NCBI GenBank assembly: GCA_965232875.1
Contig: OZ247431.1
Location: forward strand, 249,319-313,318
Source of the DNA: Dehalococcoidia bacterium
GTDB taxonomy: Bacteria; Chloroflexota; Dehalococcoidia; Bin125
Direction: 5' to 3'
Length of the DNA stretch: 64,000 bases
The notes under the pieces are model-generated. The model made no database searches, was not told the DNA's origin, and was given only the letters and a program-made list of their open reading frames with translations. Both the position numbers and the translations under genes were made by a program. The first letter of the stretch is position 1; every line of letters begins with the position of its first letter. Of the stretch, positions 58,672 through 64,000 are shown piece by piece.

Positions 58672-61515
58672 GTGTGGGCATTGCCCTCTGAACAACACCG
58701 GGAACATAGACGACGCCTGAGCCTGGCCACGCGTCTGGCAATTCGCTCGCGTCGCCGCAAGCGGGGCGAGCGCGTCGAGCCGGCGCGCATGCGCGGCTGG
58801 ATGGTCGCGCTGGTCATCCTGCTCGGCGTGCCGATGGTCATGCTGGGTGCAGCGGCCGGGGCCGCGTACCTGATCTACTCCGACTTCGCCGACGACCTCG
58901 CCGCGCCCGATGAGATCGAAGAGACCCAATTGCTGCTCGGCAGTACGAGGGTGTTCGACCGCAACGGCGAGAACGGCGTCTTGCTGTTCGAATACGCGCG
59001 CGCGTCCGACGGATTGCGCGCTCCGGTGCGATTGCATCGAGTGTCGCAATTCATCGTCGACGCGACGGTTGCGACCGAAGACTCCTCGTTCTGGACAAAC
59101 CAGGGCATCAACCTGCGCGGATTGATGCGCGCCGCCTGGGAGAACTTCGGCGTGGGCAGTTCCGACTTCCTTGGTGGTTCCGGAGGCTCGTCGATTACAC
59201 AGCAACTGGTCAAGAATGTGTTGATTCCGCCCGAGGAACGCAGTGGACGCACGTTGAACAGGGTTCGCGGCAAGCTCAAGGAGACGATTCTCGCGGTTGA
59301 GCTGACCGATGAATACAGCAAGGAACAAATCCTCGAGTGGTATCTCAACTCGATCTACTACGGGAACTTCTCCTATGGGATTGGCGCGGCGAGCCATCGC
59401 TACTTCGGCAAGCCGCCGTCGCAACTGACGCTGGCCGAATCGGCGCTGTTGGCCGGATTGCCGCAGGCGCCGTCGCTCTACAACCCGTTGGTCAATCCAG
59501 AGGGCGCGAAGCAGCGACAACGACAAGTGCTTGAGCTGATGGTTCGGCACGGCTATATCAGCGGCGCAGAGTCCAAGGTGGCCTGGCAGGAACCGCTTGA
59601 CTTCGAACGGGAAGAGTTCGACATTTCTGCGCCGCACTATGTCATCTATGTGCGTGAGCAAGTGGAGAAGCTCTGCCTGCTCGATCGCTTCGTCCCGCCG
59701 GCAGGCGCAGGGGGCTGCGACAACCTGATGGACAACGGCGGGCTGAGAATCCGTACGTCGCTTGATTTCGCCCTACAAGAGCGAGCTGAAGTGGAGCTGC
59801 GCTCCGCTATCAACGGATTCGAAGCAACTACCGGTGCACATAACGGGGCGTTAGTGGCCATCGATCCATCGACTGGCCAGATCCTCGCGATGGTTGGCAG
59901 TCGCGACTTCTTCGACGAAGCGATCGACGGACAGGTCAACCTAGCCACGGCGACGCATTCACCCGGCTCGGCGCTCAAGCCGCTGACCTATCTCGCCGCA
60001 TTCCAGATTGATCCGCGCATGTGGCATCCCGCCACTGTCCTCTGGGACGTGCCGACGACCTATCTCGAAGCGGATGGAACCGAGTTCCGGCCCGTTAACT
60101 TCGACGGCATCTTCCGCGGACCGGTCACGATTCGCAGCGCATTGGCCAACTCGATGAACGTGCCGGCGTTCATCGTCGCCGACCGGTTGGGCAGCGGCGC
60201 ACTGCTCGACACGATGCACCAACTCGGTATCACGACGATGCACGATCCGGGAGCGTACGGACCATCGATCACGCTGGGCGGTGGCGAAGTGTCGTTGCTG
60301 GACATGACCTACGCCTACGCGACGCTGGCCAACCAGGGAGAGATGAAAGGACATCCGACCGTCCTGGCGCTGCCTGACGGGTTCCGAGACCTGGATCCGG
60401 TCGCCATTCTCGAGATCCGCGATGTGGAGGGCCGCCTGCTCTACGAATGGTCGCCGACGGGCGAACCGGAAGTGCGTGCTGTCGCTCGGCCGGCGCAGGT
60501 CTTCCAGATCACCGACATCCTCTCGGACAACAGCGCCCGATCGCTGCTCTATGGCACCGCCAGTCCACTGTTGCTTGATCGACCAGCGGCGGCGAAGACT
60601 GGTACGGCCGGTGACCCGGGGATGGATGACATTCGGCGCGATTACTGGACGATGGGCTACACACCGCAGCTCGCCGTCGGTGTCTGGGTCGGCAACGCGG
60701 ATGAATCTCCAATGACTGGCGGATCGTCAGTGCAGACGGCCGGGCAGATCTGGAATCGATTCATGCTCGCCGCTCACGAGGGTCTCGAAGCAGAACCGTT
60801 CGCTCAGCCCGCAGGCATTCACCGAGCGGAGGTTTACGCTCCGGCGGTCCCGCCGCTCTGGGCTGTTTCCGACACGGATACCGACCTGCGCAATCCTTGC
60901 ACCTCGACCAGGCGAGAGCTGTTCGTTTCGATTCGCGTCGTGCCCCCAGTTGACAACCACATCTGCTTCGAAGTTGATGTGGATGCTCGGACGTTGCAGA
61001 GAGCGACGGTTGAGACCCCCGAGGAATTCCTGCGAGCCGGCGTCTGGCTGGAGCCGCCGACCGTCGCCAGAGGAGGAGCGACCGCGCACGATCCTGTGAT
61101 CGTCGACTGGTTGCGACGCAATCGCGTTGCCTACCTGCAACCCGGCACAGTCGACGAGAGTCATGCGCCAGTTCGGATCGACTCCCCAGAGGAGGGCGCA
61201 CTGATCGAACGCGGCAGTCTGCTCGTGACGGGTCGCGCTCAGAGTCGGGATCTGGTCGGTTGGACCTTGACCATGCGCCGTTTCGGCGATGAGGAAGCCC
61301 TCACGATCGCGGAAGGAAGTGTAGGCGTCGATGGCGGTGTGCTCGCAAGGTGGGATAGCAGCGAGGTCTCAGACGGCCTCTATCGACTGTCACTGGAAGT
61401 GGTTGACGGTTACCTCGGGGCGATTTCACACGAGGTCGTCGTGATACTGCCGGGCGGCGCCTCAGTCGCTGAAACTGAGACTGAGGCAGAGGCCGAAGTC
61501 GAAGAGACAGAGTGA
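58672..61515 (+). CDS. class A penicillin-binding protein with C-terminal extension
   Basis: TEDSSF and GSSITQQLVKN (glycosyltransferase); SALK, SMN, KTG (transpeptidase); start uncertain. Confidence 0.92.
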   Translation: MWALPSEQHREHRRRLSLATRLAIRSRRRKRGERVEPARMRGWMVALVILLGVPMVMLGAAAGAAYLIYSDFADDLAAPDEIEETQLLLGSTRVFDRNGENGVLLFEYARASDGLRAPVRLHRVSQFIVDATVATEDSSFWTNQGINLRGLMRAAWENFGVGSSDFLGGSGGSSITQQLVKNVLIPPEERSGRTLNRVRGKLKETILAVELTDEYSKEQILEWYLNSIYYGNFSYGIGAASHRYFGKPPSQLTLAESALLAGLPQAPSLYNPLVNPEGAKQRQRQVLELMVRHGYISGAESKVAWQEPLDFEREEFDISAPHYVIYVREQVEKLCLLDRFVPPAGAGGCDNLMDNGGLRIRTSLDFALQERAEVELRSAINGFEATTGAHNGALVAIDPSTGQILAMVGSRDFFDEAIDGQVNLATATHSPGSALKPLTYLAAFQIDPRMWHPATVLWDVPTTYLEADGTEFRPVNFDGIFRGPVTIRSALANSMNVPAFIVADRLGSGALLDTMHQLGITTMHDPGAYGPSITLGGGEVSLLDMTYAYATLANQGEMKGHPTVLALPDGFRDLDPVAILEIRDVEGRLLYEWSPTGEPEVRAVARPAQVFQITDILSDNSARSLLYGTASPLLLDRPAAAKTGTAGDPGMDDIRRDYWTMGYTPQLAVGVWVGNADESPMTGGSSVQTAGQIWNRFMLAAHEGLEAEPFAQPAGIHRAEVYAPAVPPLWAVSDTDTDLRNPCTSTRRELFVSIRVVPPVDNHICFEVDVDARTLQRATVETPEEFLRAGVWLEPPTVARGGATAHDPVIVDWLRRNRVAYLQPGTVDESHAPVRIDSPEEGALIERGSLLVTGRAQSRDLVGWTLTMRRFGDEEALTIAEGSVGVDGGVLARWDSSEVSDGLYRLSLEVVDGYLGAISHEVVVILPGGASVAETETEAEAEVEETE

Positions 61516-61569
61516 CTCCGCCATGCTTCCCACTACGTCTGCGTCACCCGCGGGTTCTCCTCGACGATG

Positions 61570-62715
61570 TCAAGGCAACAGGGTGTTCGCCTCCGCAGAC
61601 GACCCGATCCATCTGACCGCATCGAGAAATTCAGCCAAGGAGTCGGTCGCCTCCCGCAACTCCAATAGCCGATCTCCCCAATGGCTCGCCGACGAAGGAC
61701 TCGCTCCGTATCCACCTCGGAATGCGAGAAACGCCTGGTTGATCCGGCGGTACGGCCTGCCCAGTTCGATGAGCTCCTGACGCACAGCCTCCATCTCACG
61801 TTCCGCATCCTCAATCTTGCCAACCTCAAGCAGCGCGTCGACATCGAGGCGAAGCTGCCTCAGGATGGGATCGGTCCTGGCCCGAATCGCTTGCCATTCA
61901 CTGTCAGGCTCCGGTTGTGAGTCTCCCTCGTATCCGAGGAGCGCTGCAGCGAACTCTCCGAGCTGGTCGCCGACGATGTCGGCCACGGTCTCGTTAATCG
62001 TGCGCATGTCCGATCCGCGACCGTAGGCCAGCCCCAGCGGATAGAACCCCAGATGGTGATGCGTCCACTCATGCGCCATGATTTGCAACGTACTGAGATA
62101 GTCGCGCGACGACACGACCGCTGCCGGATAGAGCGCGACCCCTCCGACACCTCCGACCCAGGCCGACCAGCGCAGATCTGCTTCGACCATCGATTCGATC
62201 TGTTCATAATCGTCTCGTTGCACCTCGGAAGTCAGCAGCACCGAACGGACCATGCGCACTTCATCACGAGCCGAGACTGCGAGGACATGCAGCCGGTCGC
62301 TGAGATCGACATCGATCGGCGGCCAAACAAGGCGCACTCGGTTGAAGAGCGGCAGAGGAGAGTCCAGATCCAGTTCGGAGACAGCCCGGCTCAGCCGGCG
62401 CTCGAGCAGCAGTTCGGCCGCTTTACGGTCTCTCTCATCGTTCCGCTCGAACCATCTCTGGAGGACCGCCTCTTCATCCAGATCCGGGTCATCAACCCAA
62501 CCAGCGATATTGGTCAGCCATCGGTTCGGCAGATGAGTCAGCTCGTACTTGATGAAGGAGAAGCGATGTGTCTCGGTCGCATCTTCCAACAAATCTTCGA
62601 GTTCGGGAGTAGATTGCGCCTTTAGCGTCGATGCGGCAAAGAACGCGATCACCATCGTCATGGAGATTGTGAACGCCGCTAGCGCAGCTGCCAGCAGCAC
62701 GCGTCGGTAGTGCAT
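61570..62715 (-). CDS. exported hypothetical protein with HExxH motif (zincin-like)
   Basis: Signal-like N-terminus; AHEWTHH...TINET. Confidence 0.7.
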   Translation of the reverse strand: MHYRRVLLAAALAAFTISMTMVIAFFAASTLKAQSTPELEDLLEDATETHRFSFIKYELTHLPNRWLTNIAGWVDDPDLDEEAVLQRWFERNDERDRKAAELLLERRLSRAVSELDLDSPLPLFNRVRLVWPPIDVDLSDRLHVLAVSARDEVRMVRSVLLTSEVQRDDYEQIESMVEADLRWSAWVGGVGGVALYPAAVVSSRDYLSTLQIMAHEWTHHHLGFYPLGLAYGRGSDMRTINETVADIVGDQLGEFAAALLGYEGDSQPEPDSEWQAIRARTDPILRQLRLDVDALLEVGKIEDAEREMEAVRQELIELGRPYRRINQAFLAFRGGYGASPSSASHWGDRLLELREATDSLAEFLDAVRWIGSSAEANTLLP

Positions 62716-63190
62716 GAATTCGATGCTACGCTCAACCGCGTCGATGGCTCGTCCAGTAACCGAACCACTGCGAATTCCAATCGTCCGACGAGAAGTGCGC
62801 GCGGTGGCTGCCGCGATCGATCTCGTGGTTATCGGCCTGTTCAGCTTGCTCTGTGCCGTGTTTGCCACGCTGGCCATGCTGCTCATGGTCGACCCGCTGG
62901 AACGCGATCCCACAGCCGGTGAATGGGGCGTGGGCTACGCCATCGCCCTGCTCTGGTTTCTGCTCTCGTCGCTCTACGCCGGCCTGGGCGCGCGCACCGT
63001 TGGCGCTCGCGCGCTCGGACTCCGGGAATTGCGAGGCGTCACGCGCACGTTCATCGTCCGAGGACTGATCTGGTGGCCGTCCGTACTGTTGTTGGGCGTT
63101 GGTATGTGGTGGCCCTGGATTGATCGCCATGGACGCAGCCTGCCCGACATGCTCTCAGGCTCGCTGTTGATCGAGACTTCAGTCAGGTGA
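62714..63190 (+). CDS. RDD family membrane protein
   Basis: RAVAAAIDL...TVGARALGLR...SLPDMLSGS. Confidence 0.75.
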   Translation: MNSMLRSTASMARPVTEPLRIPIVRREVRAVAAAIDLVVIGLFSLLCAVFATLAMLLMVDPLERDPTAGEWGVGYAIALLWFLLSSLYAGLGARTVGARALGLRELRGVTRTFIVRGLIWWPSVLLLGVGMWWPWIDRHGRSLPDMLSGSLLIETSVR

Positions 63191-64000
63191 ACAATCGTGG
63201 TGCGCTGTATCGACCGCAGGTGGCGACAGAATCCGGCTGGCGACGCTCTGCACTGCTGATCACGGTCTTGTTGACCTCAATGATGACGGCGATCGCCGTG
63301 TTGTTTGTCTCGGCGACCCAACTCACAGAGCGTTCGACGGCCCAACACTATCTCGCACGGGCGGTGAGTTCGCTGCTCGAGATCGATCAGTTCGTCGTCA
63401 ATGCCTGGCCCGCGTTAGAAGCCGCGTCAGTCGAGGGTGATCCGATTGGGCTGACCGACTTTCCGATCTCGTTGCAGCTCGATCCGGCTGGCCTCCAGGA
63501 TGGACCGCAGGCGGTCTCTGAGGCCATCTCGGCGGCGACGGCTTCGCTGGTCTATGACGAGGGGTTCGGGGTGTTCGCCGATTCACCTCAGGCGTTCAGG
63601 CTAGTCTCGCGCGGGGCGGCATTCGACGGGACTGTCGGCCGACTGACCGGCGGTGGACATGCGGTGGCCACTGTCGCGCTGATTGTGAGTGGATCGCTCG
63701 CGCTCCTGCTGGCGATGGCGACGGCCGCGCAGGCGCGAGGACTGTCGCGGATTGGCGCGCCGGCGCTAGCCATCGGTATTGGAGCGGCCGTCGTCTGGCT
63801 GGCGGCCACACTGGCCCAATCGGCCTTCGATGGGCGAGCGCTGTCCGAAGCCGATCCGTTCGAAGCAGACCTCTGGCTGATCGCAGTAGACGCCACAGCG
63901 TTGTTGGTTCGCAACGCGGCCATTGCCGCGCTGGCCGGCGGGATTGTCGTGGCCACGGCCATCACGGGAGGCGGATTGCTCCGAGTCCTCGATCAACGCC
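63187..64000 (+). CDS. hypothetical membrane protein, truncated by window edge
   Basis: GTGA overlap with the RDD gene; frame appears open to the window end with hydrophobic segments. Confidence 0.65.
   Translation, partial: MNNRGALYRPQVATESGWRRSALLITVLLTSMMTAIAVLFVSATQLTERSTAQHYLARAVSSLLEIDQFVVNAWPALEAASVEGDPIGLTDFPISLQLDPAGLQDGPQAVSEAISAATASLVYDEGFGVFADSPQAFRLVSRGAAFDGTVGRLTGGGHAVATVALIVSGSLALLLAMATAAQARGLSRIGAPALAIGIGAAVVWLAATLAQSAFDGRALSEADPFEADLWLIAVDATALLVRNAAIAALAGGIVVATAITGGGLLRVLDQR

Overview
GC-rich bacterial chromosomal segment. Gene content and order suggest Chloroflexota/Dehalococcoidia-like; this is inference. The left ~25 kb is accessory: OLD-like ATPase, Fic, Mrr plus a membrane-anchored degenerate Mrr paralog, tRNA-Sec, DUF4268, a DUF4956-VTC-CotH triad, catabolic enzymes, an orphan HTH gene, and a locus of secreted and membrane hypothetical proteins. 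Two secreted genes in that locus each carry one in-frame stop in the same context. The right part is mostly housekeeping: an interrupted arg cluster (argCJ, argB, argDGH), rpe, rpmB, DAK2/DegV/recG, argS, trpS, gatCA and a class A PBP. Non-coding structure is rich: nested MITEs with TIRs and target duplications inserted into REP-like hairpins, and four dispersed, strand-biased 10-bp-phased arrays, two of them inside genes. No CRISPR array, rRNA, transposase or integrase was seen. Family assignments come from motif recognition by eye, not database searches.
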